A stretch of DNA of 64,000 bases from Anthoceros angustus (Eukaryota; Plantae; Anthocerotophyta), in contig VJWM01000107.1 in assembly GCA_010909165.1 (NCBI GenBank), positions 868,001-932,000 on the forward strand, read 5' to 3'. A program made the position numbers and the translations under genes. Below, piece after piece: positions 25,415 to 38,977 of this stretch; the stretch's first letter is position 1, and every line of letters starts with the position of its first letter. The notes beneath the pieces were generated by a model. It had not been told where the DNA came from. It saw only the letters and a program-made list of their open reading frames with translations, and did no database searches.

Positions 25415-25625
25415 GGTTGCTGCTGCCGTGCTTGCTCTCTTCCGGGATTGCCAATCCCCAGGACGGCCGACCGTAATCCTCCGAGTCTCTGTCGAATTGT
25501 TCCCGTAACGAAGCCGGATGAGGACCGGGCTTTTCCGGCTTCCGCAGCGACTCCGCCGCTTGCTGGTCGATCTGCTGCAGCAGCTGCTCGGCTACCTTGA
25601 GCTTGGACGAGAGCCAGGACGCCAT
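24026..25625 (-). pseudogene. GC2: GC2-like 5' fragment (unit 4)
   Basis: Same motifs; ATG at 25625. Confidence 0.88.
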
Positions 25626-25914
25626 GGCCACATCTGCCAGCGATGAGCCCGGCAAGGCCACCCTCTTGGTTTGGGAGAGAGCGTGGAGGCCTAATGAGAC
25701 AAGCCTCCTTCAGTTTTCACTTCAAAACATGTATATACTGTAGGTAGTAGAGCTTTAGGCACATCACAGACATTATGTAGCAAAGAGAATGGAAAAATCC
25801 CATTACCCCGAAACGAAGGGAACTCCTCCAGGGACACCAGGCGGAGGGACTAGCCCGCGAGGGCCAATTTTAAAACTACTTAGTGCTCCGAGAGTGTTGT
25901 GGTTTGGGATATGA

Positions 25915-26795
25915 AAAGGCTTACCCTGCTTACCCTACCGAAGATGCCACGGGCGTTACCTCTACAGCGCAATGGACACCCCAAGGTCTCGATTGGCCAA
26001 CGCCCTTTACAGTTCCATTTCGACTCAGTAGACTCTGTCCGTTGATCGGGAAAACTGTGTGTCAAACGGTAACACACGACTGAGAAAATTGAGCCCAGCA
26101 ATTGGGAGAGCCCTGGTTATGTTTCCACCCAAGCCTCTCGAAGGGAGGATACAACTCTGATGGTTTAACTCAGCCCACGGTGAGTCAGGCTTGGATTGTC
26201 TCTCCCATACGCTTTCTGCGCATCTTTGAAGATCCCACACGTCACAAACATGTTTACCAAAGCATAGCCCACAACCTTGTATGATGTTGACGTCCTCTTC
26301 CTCTGATCTGGGCAAGAAGCTGCCTCCCTTCTCCGGCGATGGTAAGCCTACACTTGCACAGTCCTGAGAGGGTCAGAAGTGTCACAGCGTTAGGCAAAGC
26401 TGTGGCCCCTTGCATTCAACTGTAAGGATCCAGGGCGTCCTCACCCATACCTGGCTAAAAATATCAGGCAATGATTGTGGTCCAAATCAAGACTTCCTCT
26501 GTTTGATATGTGCAGATAATGATGGCAGACAACGAGAATCCCTTGGCCTCCACCACCAGGGTGAACACCGCCATGGCTTCCTACTATCTGCCATGAGAAG
26601 CATACAACCTGCAGAGTGTGGTTGCACAAGAGTGTGTCCGACTGATGCCCGCTTCTCACCACGGGAGCATGGACACAGCGACCTTGAATCAGATCACTCG
26701 TCAAGGACAGTATAAAAGATTGGGAAATCCGACAGTCTGCCTTCAGCACCAGCACTCCCAGACCCTCAACAGCCTCCCTGGGCTGCCCCTGCCTT
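25915..26795 (-). pseudogene. Degenerate PLS-class PPR fragment (unit 5)
   Basis: Copy of the same segment; boundaries approximate. Confidence 0.7.
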
Positions 26796-26880
26796 CATCT
26801 TGCGGTTTAAGAAGTCACGACCATTTCAGATCCTGCTGGCTTGACAAGACTAGCACTTACAAGGAAGCTCCACTTATCCA

Positions 26881-28040
26881 CCTGCACATCCATAGCCACA
26901 AGTGAACGGGAGCTCAGAGGAACTGGTTTAGGAGGAGTAGAATTTGTTCAAACAAATCCTATCGCTCCTAGACCGGCTGCTCCCAGCTTCCTCCCCAGCT
27001 TCCTCCTCCTCAACCTTGCAGTCAAGCCGCCGGACCTGTTCATGGGACACCAAGTATCCATCTGCACATCCATAGTAGCACGCGAACGGGAGCTCAGACG
27101 AGCTGGTTCAGGAGGAGTAGAATTTGACCTACCAACTTCTATCGCTCCTAGACCGGCTGCTCACAGCTTCCTCTTCACAAACCTCACAGTCAAGGGACCA
27201 GACCTATTCGTGTAACACACGGTATCCTCGGCACATCCATAGCAGCAAGCGAACGGAAGCTCGGAGGAGCTGGTGTAGGAGGCGTAGAATTTGACCTAAC
27301 AAATTCTGTCGCTCCTAGACCAGTTGCTCCCAGCTTCCTCTTCACAAACCTGACCGTCAAGACGCCCGACCCAGTCGTGTAACACCCGGTATCCATCTGC
27401 ACATCCGTGGCAGCAAGCGAACGGAAGCTCGGAGGAGCTGGTTTAGGAGGCGTAGAATTTGACCTAACAAATTCTGTCGCGCCTAGACCAGTTGCTCCCA
27501 GCTTCCTTCACAAACCTAACCGTCCAGGCGCCCGATCCATTCTGTAACACCAGTATCCATCTGCATCCGTGGCAAGCGAACGGAAGCTCGGAGAAGCTGG
27601 TTTAGGAGGCGTAGAATTTGACCTAACAAATTCTGTCGCGCCTGAACCAGTTGCTCCCAACTTCCTCTTCACAAACATAACCGTCCAGGCGCCCGATCCA
27701 TTCGTGTAACACCAAGTATCCATCTGCACATCCGTGGCAGCAAGCGAACGGAAGCTCGGAGGAGCTGGTTTAGGAGGCGTAGAATTTGACCTAACAAATT
27801 TTATCGCTCCTAGACCGGCTGCTCCCAGCTTCCTCTTCACAAACCTAACAGTCAAGCGTGAGGTAACACCCCGGATCATCTGTACATCCTTAGCAGGAAG
27901 CGAACGGGAGCTCCGAGGAGCTGGTGTAGGAGGCGTAGAATTTGCCCTCACAAACTCATCGCTCCTAGACCGGCTCCCAGCTTCCTCTTCGCGAACCTAA
28001 CAGTCAAGCCGCTAAACCTGTTCGTGGAACACCAGGCATC
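26881..28040 (+). repeat. 168-bp hairpin sub-repeat array (unit 5; repeat 6 has a variant 3' arm)
   Basis: Same organisation; the 3' arm at 27796-27834 differs by six substitutions from the other units. Confidence 0.95.
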
Positions 28041-29870
28041 GCACCAATTTCTTGTTCCCAGAACCTGCTGGCTCTGACGCCATCCTCGTGAACAGCGTGA
28101 ATGTACAGCGTGCCAGACAGCTATGATTCGCAGAGGCATGCGCGTCCTACCACCTTTACCCCAAACCCTAAACCCGTCCTCGACTCACTTCAATAAAAAC
28201 ATAATAGACTATTTACATACTTTGTTTCAAAGTGGACGTGAACGGGTAGCCCCAGTTTTGCGGAAGATTTTGCTGTTTCGAATGCGAGCTGTAAGTGGAT
28301 CTGGTGCGATCTGCTTAACTAAAGCATTTTCAATGAGGGCAGGAGGCGGGCCGCCGGAGGTTCGTCTATACGGGTGCAGACAATCTTTGAGTCGGCAGTG
28401 CATGCGGGGATTCTGGTGTTGGGATTCATGTTCATCACTGACAGATTCCCCGTGAAGTTTGTGTCAAAGTTCGCTAAAGTGGGTGTGAAAGGAGTTTGAG
28501 GCCGATCGGTCTGCAGCTGTGCAAGCTGGAGGCGAAGGAGATCAAACCATTTCGGAACTTCAACGTGCAGAGAACTGGAGCAACTCCAACCTCTTTCTTT
28601 TCATATCTCCGAGAAGACTGCCTTGGCTACCAGGAGGTGGACCAAAGTTTATGCAAGAATTGTTGAGAAAAGCAACGATGACCGGCGGCTAGGGACTTGC
28701 AGATTCAGCAAAGTTTATGCAAGAATTGTTGAGAAAAGCAACGATAGGTGACGGGCGGCTAGGGACTTGCAGATTCATATATTAAGCATTTGTAGGCTGG
28801 AACTTGACCAGGTCATGGATGTCAATTGTTGGAATAGGAAGTGCCTCGTCTAATGTACTTAATATTGCTTTATGAAGTGTATAGATCGCATGCATCTTAT
28901 GCTTGCAAATAGAATCATGCGCGGAAAATTTTGGAAAGCGCATATAGTTTTTTCCCCAATCTAGTGCCCTAGCCCTTAATTGTGTGAAGCCAAGGTGCGA
29001 AAATGAATTGAGTTCGGTTGTTGGGCACTAGTAGAGCAATGGTTGCTCTCTTGTTTGTGCAATTTGAATATTGTTTCATTTGCGGAGTGGAGGTTCCCCA
29101 TACAAACAAGATGAACACATCTTCTTCTTTTTCTTCTCATCTCTTATCTATTTATAAAGCTAATGTTTGGTAACCAAACTTTTCAATAATAGAAAATATT
29201 TATGTGAGAAACTCAATGAAAAGAAAATAAATATTCATTTACCTACAACTAGAAAATACTATGCATTCATAACTTGCGAATATACCCATGAAACTTAGAA
29301 TAGCTTTAAACGAACTAAGCTCTATTTAAGCCGAAACAAAAAAAAGTCGTATTTGGAAGAAGTGGATTTCATCCCTTGGCCTACTTTTCTCTAATAAGTT
29401 AGCGTTGATTTTGTTGTGTTTCTTCACTATTCCAACAAATGGAGTCATGCACTTGTATGCTCCGACTTGAGGAAGGTAGAGAGTGAGCGGTCAAAGAGTA
29501 CTTAGTACCTTTAGCAAAATATATTTTAGAGTGCCCTCCAAAGAGATGTAAGACCCACATGCATAACTTGCCCACCACCTATGATACTAGTTTGTGATTG
29601 TAAGAAACAAAGTATACGCACCTTTAGTATAACATTCCTTCTTATTGCATAAGTAAACGGAAGACGGAAAATATGCTAGTACACATCCCGCATGCTTACA
29701 GCAAAATGGTGTGAGGTCTTTTTCACCTAGAACTTCTTTGTACCCCTCCGGATGCAAAGTATATCCAAGAGGTAGTCCTACGGTCTTTTTCACCTAGAAC
29801 TTCTTTGCACTCCTCCGAATACAAAGTATATCCGGAAGAGTTAGGTAGTCCTACAACCATGCGATCTTAT

Positions 29871-29942
29871 GAACAATGGGATTGCGACATTCTTCTTCTA
29901 CATTTAGAATACATTTAGAAGAATGTCACAATCCCATTGTTC
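29871..29942. other. 26-bp-stem inverted repeat (unit 5)
   Basis: Same hairpin sequence. Confidence 0.9.
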
Positions 29943-30516
29943 TTCTTCTTCTTCTTCGAAATTTTGTGACATTTTTATGAAGATAGTGGTAGTGGAATGT
30001 CTTCTCATATTCTTGTAGGCGGTCCCAGATGTGAGTGCAGACGTGTATGGTGGCCGACAATTGGGGTGGCCAATCACCCGGACTCGCAGCAGTTGCTGGG
30101 CGGAGACGTGGCTCGGACGGAGTACTCTTCGCGCATGGCATGGGGAGATCAAGGGAGATAAGGCGCGTGCTGGGTCTATGAGATCGCTTGGCTTGGGCCA
30201 ACTTCACTGTCACAGACTACAAGTGTTGAACGCAATTGGATATCTGCGGCCGCATGATATCCTAGTCCCAGTCCCAGATCGCAGAGGAACTGTCGTGTAC
30301 GCAACTGCCCGGCCAGCCTGCGGGCGTTGGGGTCGCTGGATAGCATTGACCTGTAATTCCCCTTTGGCAAGTGATCGCAAAGCTCCAGCTCCACCTCTAG
30401 CTCTGCATGCAATGTCCAGTGAAGTGCTCAGATTTATTGCCTTTGCCGGTCCAGATCTAGAGCAGCTCCATGGCCGCCAGGTCGCGCGCGCAGCAACACA
30501 CACACGTGATCTCACC

Positions 30517-32110
30517 ATCCCTCTGAGCAGCGGCAAGTGCCCTGGTAAGGTCCGCATTCTCTGCCTCAAGCTGTGCCTCTAGAGCTAGCCCGCATTCTCT
30601 GCCTCAAGCTGTGCCTCTAGAGCTAGCCCTTCCATCCTAGTTCTGCTGTGCTGCCGCCTTCCAACTCCAGCGCCTGTGCCACTTCCATCATGCTCAGTTG
30701 GAGCTCGGCGGCCTCTTTGACCTGCTGCTCCACACCATCGGCAAGAGCACGCTCCAGAGCTTCCTTTTCGCATTCCAGTTGTTGCACAAGATTTTCTCGC
30801 TCTGCTAGAGCAGCCCTGGCAGCTTCAACAGCCAGGGATTCCAGCTCCTCTGTTTTCTAAGCTTCCTCCTCTCAGCCGCTTTCCTCCTCACCTCGTCTTC
30901 ATACTCAGAATCCGAGCCGGACTCGGAGCCTGACTCAGAGCGTGACTCAGAACCGCTTTCCGACCCGCTGCCAGACAACGACTCCACATCTACACGTTCT
31001 TCAGCCTCATATCCCTCCCGAGACACTCGGCAGATTAATTATGATCCCTGCCTCCTGCGCCTGCGCTTGCTCATTCACAGCAGTTGTCCTCCTACCACTA
31101 GTTTCTGGAACGGGCTCTGGCAGGGTAGGCTCCAGCTCAAGGTCCACGAACCCGTTCAAATCCTCCGTCGTGGCAGCATTCTCGGCAGCATGCACGCCAT
31201 ATTGCTTCGAAACGGGATCCGTGGCTCGTGTCAAGGCATCATCCAGCAAATCCTCCACTCCACTAGGCCTTTCCAACCCCGGCGCCTCCTCCACCACCGG
31301 CTCCAATCTACCAATTCCATCATCCCGCACACCCTGTGAAACCCCATCCCTACCCTCGCCACCGGCCGAAGACGCAACATCATGACCTAATCCAAGCCTG
31401 TCTCTCCCATCCGCAGCAGCACTCCACGACACACTCCCTCCGACACCCGAGGCAGCGTCCTCCGCAACCAGCACTCGCAACGCCTGCTCTTCACCAACAT
31501 CGTCAATCCTCCAGGTCCAGCCTCCTCTTCACCGACTCATCCCGGAAATTCTTCACCGAGGCAGCCGCATCACTTCCCTGTCTCCTCTCCCTGCCGCCGT
31601 TCCTGCCTGCCTCACCCTGGACGACTGCGCCGCAATCTGCTTCAAGCTGGACACCGGCACCGCCTTGGACGTCGGGGTCGGCCCCGACCTCCGAGCACCA
31701 TCCCTCCCGCTCCCGGGATCGCAGCTCCACACTACTGGCAAAAGGAGTGGTAGCCCCGGACTGGAAGCAGGAGACGCCAGCAGCTGCGTCCAGTCCTGAT
31801 CCGGCCGAGCAGCATGCTCCTGCCGGGTGCGCGAGCAACAGGCCCGGCCTTCTTCAACCCGGACAACGTCCTCTGCTGCTGCTGCTGCTGCTGCTGCTGC
31901 GGTTGCTGCTGCCGTGCTTGCTCTCTTCCGGGATTGCCAATCCCCAGGACGGCCGACCGTAATCCTCCGAGTCTCTGTCGAATTGTTCCGTAACGAAGCC
32001 GGATGAGGACCGGGCTTTTCCGGCTTCCGCAGCGACTCCGCCGCTTGCTGGTCGATCTGCTGCAGCAGCTGCTCGGCTACCTTGAGCTTGGACGAGAGCC
32101 AGGACGCCAT
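30517..32110 (-). pseudogene. GC2: GC2-like 5' fragment (unit 5)
   Basis: Same motifs; ATG at 32110. Confidence 0.88.
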
Positions 32111-32399
32111 GGCCACATCTGCCAGCGATGAGCCCGGCAAGGCCACCCTCTTGGTTTGGGAGAGAGCGTGGAGGCCTAATGAGACAAGCCTCCTTCAGTT
32201 TTCACTTCAAAACATGTATATACTGTAGGTAGTAGAGCTTTAGGCACATCACAGACATTATGTAGCAAAGAGAATGGAAAAATCCCATTACCCCGAAACG
32301 AAGGGGAACTCCTCCAGGGACACCAGGCGGAGGGGACTAGTCATGAGGGCCAATTTTAAAACTACTTAGTGCTCCGAGAGTGTTGTGGTTTGGGATATG

Positions 32400-33285
32400 A
32401 AAAGGCTTACCCTGCTTACCCTACCGAAGATGCCACGGGCGTTACCTCTACAGCGCAATGGACACCCCAAGGTCTCGATTGGCCAACGCCCTTTACAGTT
32501 CCATTTCGACTCAGTAGACTCTGTCCGTTGATCGGGAAAACTGTGTGTGTCAAACGGTAACACACGACTGAGAAAATTGAGCCCAGCAATTGGGAGAGCC
32601 CTGGTTATGTTTCCACCCAACCCTCGAAGGGAGGATACAACTCTGATGGTTTAACTCAGCCCACGGTGAGTCAGGCTTGGATTGTCTCTCCCATACGCTT
32701 TCTGCGCATCTTTGAAGATCCCACACGTCACAAACATGTTTACCAAAGCATAGCCCACAACCTTGTATGATGTTGACGTCCTCTTCCTCTGATCTGGGCA
32801 AGAAGCTGCCTCCCTTCTCCGGCGATGGTAAGCCTACACTTGCACAGTCCTGGAGAGGGTCAGAAGTGTCACAGCGTTAGGCAAAGCTGTGGCCTTGCAT
32901 TCAACTGTAAGGATCCAGGGCGTCCTCACCCATACCTGGCTAAAAATATCAGGCAATGATTGTGGTCCAAATCAAGACTTCCTCTGTTTGATATGTGCAG
33001 ATAATGATGGCAGACAACGAGAATCCCTTGGCCTCCACCACCAGGGTGAACACCGCCATGGCTTCCTACTATCTGCCATGAGAAGCATACAACCTGCAGA
33101 GTGTGGTTGCACAAGAGTGTGTCCGACTGATGCCCGCTTCTCACCACGGGAGCATGGACACAGCGACCTTGAATCAGATCACTCGTCAAGGACAGTATAA
33201 AAGATTGGGAAATCCGACAGTCTGCCTTCAGCACCAGCACTCCCAGACCCTCAACAGCCTCCTGGGCTGCCCCTGCCTTCATCTT
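32400..33285 (-). pseudogene. Degenerate PLS-class PPR fragment (unit 6)
   Basis: Copy of the same segment; boundaries approximate. Confidence 0.7.
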
Positions 33286-33364
33286 GCGGTTTAAGAAGTC
33301 ACGACCATTTCAGATCCTGCTGGCTTGACAAGACTAGCACTTACAAGGAAGCTCCACTTATCCA

Positions 33365-34523
33365 CCTGCACATCCATAGCCACAAGTGAACGGGAGCTCA
33401 GAGGAACTGGTTTAGGAGGAGTAGAATTTGTTCAAACAAAATCCTATCGCTCCTAGACCGGCTGCTCCCAGCTTCCTCCCAGCTTCCTCCTCCTCAACCT
33501 TGCAGTCAAGCCGCCGGACCTGTTCATGGACACCAAGTATCCATCTGCACATCCATAGTAGCACGCGAACGGGAGCTCAGACGAGCTGGTTCAGGAGGAG
33601 TAGAATTTGACCTACCAACTTCTATCGCTCCTAGACCGGCTGCTCACAGCTTCCTCTTCACAAACCTCACAGTCAAGGGACCAGACCTATTCGTGTAACA
33701 CACGGTATCCTCGGCACATCCATAGCAGCAAGCGAACGGAAGCTCGGAGGAGCTGGTGTAGGAGGCGTAGAATTTGACCTAACAAATTCTGTCGCTCCTA
33801 GACCAGTTGCTCCCAGCTTCTCTTCACAAACCTGACCGTCAAGACGCCCGACCCAGTCGTGTAACACCGGTATCCATCTGCACATCCGTGGCAGCAAGCG
33901 AACGGAAGCTCGGAGGAGCTGGTTTAGGAGGCGTAGAATTTGACCTAACAAATTCTGTCGCGCCTAGACCAGTTGCTCCCAGCTTCCCTTCACAAACCTA
34001 ACCGTCCAGGCGCCCGATCCATTCTGTAACACCAAGTATCCATCTGCACATCCGTGGCAGCAAGCGAACGGAAGCTCGGAGAAGCTGGTTTAGGAGGCGT
34101 AGAATTTGACCTAACAAATTCTGTCGCGCCTAGACCAGTTGCTCCCAGCTTCCTCTTCACAAACATAACCGTCCAGGCGCCCGATCCATTCGTGTAACAC
34201 CAAGTATCCATCTGCACATCCGTGGCAGCAAGCGAACGGAAGCTCGGAGGAGCTGGTTTAGGAGGCGTAGAATTTGACCTAACAAAATCTGTCGCGCCTA
34301 GACCAGTTGCTCCCAGCTTCCTTCACAAACCTAACAGTCAAGCGTGAGGTAACACCCGGATCATCTGTACATCCTTAGCAGGAAGCGAACGGGAGCTCCG
34401 AGGAGCTGGTGTAGGAGGCGTAGAATTTGCCTAACAAACTCATCGCCCTAGACCGGCTCCCAGCTTCCTCTTCGCGAACCTAACAGTCAAGCCGCTAAAC
34501 CTGTTCGTGGAACACCAGGCATC
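33365..34523 (+). repeat. 168-bp hairpin sub-repeat array (unit 6)
   Basis: Same seven variants in the same order. Confidence 0.95.
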
Positions 34524-36359
34524 GCACCAATTTCTTGTTCCCAGAACCTGCTGGCTCTGACGCCATCCTCGTGAACAGCGTGAATGTACAGCGTGCCAGA
34601 CAGCTATGATTCGCAGAGGCATGCGCGTCCTACCACCTTTACCCCAAACCCTAAACCCGTCCTCGACTCACTTCAATAAAAACATAATAGACTATTTACA
34701 TACTTTGTTCAAAGTGGACGTGAACGGGTAGCAGGAAGCCCCGGTTTTGCGGAAGATTTTGCTGTTTCGAATGCGAGCTGTAAGTGGATCTGGTGCGATC
34801 TGCTTAACTAAAGCATTTTCAATGAGGGCAGGAGGCGGGCCGCCGGAGGTTCGTCTATACAGGTGCAGACAATCTTTGAGTCGGCAGTGCATGCGGGGAT
34901 TCTGGTGTTGGGATTCATGTTCATCACTGACAGATTCCCGTGAAGTTTGTGTCAAAGTTCGCTAAAGTGGGTGTGAAAGGGAGTTTGAGGCCGATCGGTC
35001 TGCAGCTGTGCAAGCTGGAGGCGAAGGAGATCAAACCATTTCGGAACTTCAACGTGCAGAGAACTGGAGCAACTCCAACCTCTTTCTTTTCATATCTCCG
35101 AGAAGACTGCCTTGGCTACCAGGAGGTGGACCAAAGTTTATGCAAGAATTGTTGAGAAAAGCAACGATAGGTGACCGGCGGCTAGGGACTTGCAGATTCA
35201 GCAAAGTTTATGCAAGAATTGTTGAGAAAAGCAACGATAGGTGACGGCGGCTAGGGACTTGATTCATATATTAAGCATTTGTAGGCTGGAACTTGACCAG
35301 GTCATGGATGTCAATTGTTGGAATAGGAAGTGCCTGTCTAATGTACTTAATATTGCTTTATGAAGTGTATAGATCGCATGCATCTTATGCTTGCAAATAG
35401 AATCATGCGCGGAAAATTTTGGAAGCGCATATAGTTTTTTCCCCAATCTAGTGCCCTAGCCCTTAATTGTGTGAAGCCATGGTAGCGAAAATGAATTGAG
35501 TTCGTTGTTGGGCACTAGTGCGAGCAATGGTTGCTCTCTTGTTTGTGCAATTTGAATATTGTTTCATTTGCCGGAGTGGAGGTTCCCCATACAAACAAGA
35601 TGAACACATCTTCTTCTTTTTCTTCTCATCTCTTATCTATTTATAAAGCTAATGTTTGGTAACCAAACTTTTCAATAATAGAAAATATTTATGTGAGAAA
35701 CTCAATGAAAAGAAAATAAATATTCATTTACCTACAACTAGAAAATACTATGCATTCATAACTTGCGAATATACCCATGAAACTTAGAATAGCTTTAAAC
35801 GAACTAAGCTCTATTTGTCGAAACGAAAAAGTCACGATTTGTATGGGATTTCATGCCTTGGCCTACTTTTCTCTAATAAGTTAGCGTTGATTTTGTTGTG
35901 TTTCTTCACTATTCCAACAAATGGAGTCATGCACTTGTATGTCTGCACTTGAGGAAGGTAGAGAGTGAGTCAAAGAATACTTAGTACCTTTAGCAAAATA
36001 TATTTTAGAGTGCCTCTAAAGAGATGTAAGACCCACATGCATAACTTGCCCACCACCTATGATACTAGTTTGTGATTGTAAGAAACAAAGTATACGCACC
36101 TTTTAGTATAACATTCTTCTTATTGCATAAGTAAACGGAAGACGGAAAATATGCTAGTACACATCCCGCATGTTTTACAGCAAAATGGTGTGAGGTCTTT
36201 TTCACCTAGAACTTCTTTGTACTGCCTCCGGATGCAAAGTATATCCGGAAGAGTTAGGTAGTCCTACGGTCTTTTTCACCTAGAACTTCTTTGCACCTGT
36301 CCTCCGAATACAAAGTATATCCAGAAGAGTTAGGTAGTCCTACAACCATGTGATCTTAT

Positions 36360-36431
36360 GAACAATGGGATTGCGACATTCTTCTTCTACATTTAGAATA
36401 CATTTAGAAGAATGTCACAATCCCATTGTTC
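36360..36431. other. 26-bp-stem inverted repeat (unit 6)
   Basis: Same hairpin sequence. Confidence 0.9.
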
Positions 36432-37003
36432 TTCTTCTTCTTCTTCGAAATTTTGTGACATTTTATGAAGATAGTGGTAGTGGAATGTCTTCTCATATTC
36501 TTGTAGGCGGTCCCAGATGTGAGTGCAGACGTGTATGGTGGCCGACAATTGGGGTGGCCAATCACCCAGACTCGCAGCAGTTGCTGGGCGGAGACGTGGG
36601 CTCGGACGGGAGTACTCTTCGCGCATGGCATGGGAGATCAAGGAGATAAGGCGCGTGCTGGGTCTATGAGATCGCTTGGCTTGGGCCAACTTCACTGTCA
36701 CAGACTACAAGTGTTGAACGCAATTGGATATCTGCGGCCGCATGATATCCTAGTCCCAGTCCCAGATCGCAGAGGAACTGTCGTGTACGCAACTGCCCGG
36801 CCAGCCTGCGGGCGTTGGGGTCGCTGGATAGCATTGACCTGTAATTCCCTTTGGCAAGTGATCGCAAAGCTCCAGCTCCACCTCTAGCTCTGCATGCAAT
36901 GTCCAGTGAAGTGCTCAGATTTATTGCCTTTGCCGGTCCAGATCTAGAGCAGCTCCATGGCCGCCAGGTCGCGCGCGCAGCAATACACACACGTGATCTC
37001 ACC

Positions 37004-38594
37004 ATCCCTCTGAGCAGCGGCAAGTGCCCTGGTAAGGTCCGCATTCTCTGCCTCAAGCTGTGCCTCTAGAGCTAGCCCGCATTCTCTGCCTCAAGCTGTG
37101 CCTCTAGAGCTAGCCCTTCCATCCTAGTTCTGCTGTGCTGCCGCCTTTCCAACTCCAGCGCCTGTGCCACTTCCATCATGCTCAGTTGGAGCTCGGCGGC
37201 CTCTTTGACCTGCTGCTCCACACCATCGGCAAGAGCACGCTCCAGAGCTTCCTTTCGCATTCCAGTTGTTGCACAAGATTTTCTCGCTCTAGAGCAGCCC
37301 TGGCAGCTTCAACAGCCAGGGATTCCAGCTCCCTCTGTTTTCTAAGCTTCCTCCTCTCAGCCGCTTTCCTCCTCACCTCGTCTTCATACTCAGAATCCGA
37401 GCCGGACTCGGAGCCTGACTCAGAGCGTGACTCAGAACCGCTTTCCGACCCGCTGCCAGACAACGACTCCACATCTACACGTTCTTCAGCCTCATATCCT
37501 CCCGAGACACTCGGCAGATTAATTATGATCCCTGCCTCCTGCGCCTGCGCTTGCTCATTCACAGCAGTTGTCCTCCTACCACTAGTTTCTGGAACGGGCT
37601 CTGGCAGGGTAGGCTCCAGCTCAAGGTCCACGAACCCGTTCAAATCCTCCGTCGTGGCAGCATTCTCGGCAGCATGCACGCCATATTGCTTCGAAACGGG
37701 ATCCGTGGCTCGTGTCAAGGCATCATCCAGCAAATCCTCCACTCCACTAGGCCTTTCCAACCCCGGCGCCTCCTCCACCACCGGCTCCAATCTACCAATT
37801 CCATCATCCCGCACACCCTGTGAAACCCCATCCCTACCCTCGCCACCGGCCGAAGACGCAACATCATGACCTAATCCAAGCCTGTCTCTCCCATCCGCAG
37901 CAGCACTCCACGACACACTCCTCCGACACCCGAGGCAGCGTCCTCCGCAACCAGCACTCGCAACGCCTGCTCTTCACCAACATCGTCAATCCCTCCAGGT
38001 CCAGCCTCCTCTTCACCGACTCATCCCGGAAATTCTTCACCGAGGCAGCCGCATCACTTCCCTGTCTCCTCTCCCTGCCGCCGTTCCTGCCTGCCTCACC
38101 CTGGACGACTGCGCCGCAATCTGCTTCAAGCTGGACACCGGCACCGCCTTGGACGTCGGGGTCGGCCCCGACCTCCGAGCACCATCCCTCCCGCTCCCGG
38201 GATCGCAGCCCCACACTACTGGCAAAAGGAGTGGTAGCCCGGACTGGAAGCAGGAGACGCCAGCAGCTGCGTCCAGTCCTGATCCGGCCGAGCAGCATGC
38301 TCCTGCCGGGTGCGCGGAGCAACAGGCCCGGCCTTCTTCAACCCGGACAACGTCCTCTGCTGCTGCTGCTGCTGCTGCTGCTGCGGTTGCTGCTGCCGTG
38401 CTTGCTCTCTTCCGGGATTGCCAATCCCCAGGACGGCCGACCGTAATCCTCCGAGTCTCTGTCGAATTGTTCCCGTAACGAAGCCGGATGAGGACCGGCT
38501 TTTCCGGCTTCCGCAGCGACTCCGCCGCTTGCTGGTCGATCTGCTGCAGCAGCTGCTCGGCTACCTTGAGCTTGGACGAGAGCCAGGACGCCAT
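37004..38594 (-). pseudogene. GC2: GC2-like 5' fragment (unit 6)
   Basis: Same motifs; ATG at 38594; ORF 37182..37916 reads the middle region through the acidic tract in one frame. Confidence 0.88.
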
Positions 38595-38977
38595 GGCCAC
38601 ATCTGCCAGCGATGAGCCCGGCAAGGCCACCCTCTTGGTTTGGGAGAGAGCGTGGAGGCCTAATGAGACAAGCCTCCTTCAGTTTTTCACGTCAAAACAT
38701 GTATATACTGTAGGTAGTAGAGCTTTAGGCACATCACAGACATTATGTAGCAAAGAGAATGGAAAAATCCCATTACCCCGAAACGAAGGGAACTCCTCCA
38801 GGGACACCAGGCGGAGGGACTAGCCCCGAGGGCCAATTTTAAAACTACTTAGTGCTCCGAGAGTGTTGTGGTTTGGGATATGAAAAGGCTTACCCTGCTT
38901 ACCCTACCGAAGATGCCACGGGCGTTACCTCTACAGCGCAATGGACACCCCAAGGTCTCGATTGGCCAACGCCCTTT

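Noticed and set aside
4644-38630. Copy-specific frameshifts in the GC2 fragments as independent pseudogenisation events
   Set aside because: They fall in homopolymers and differ randomly between copies, as expected for long-read indel error.
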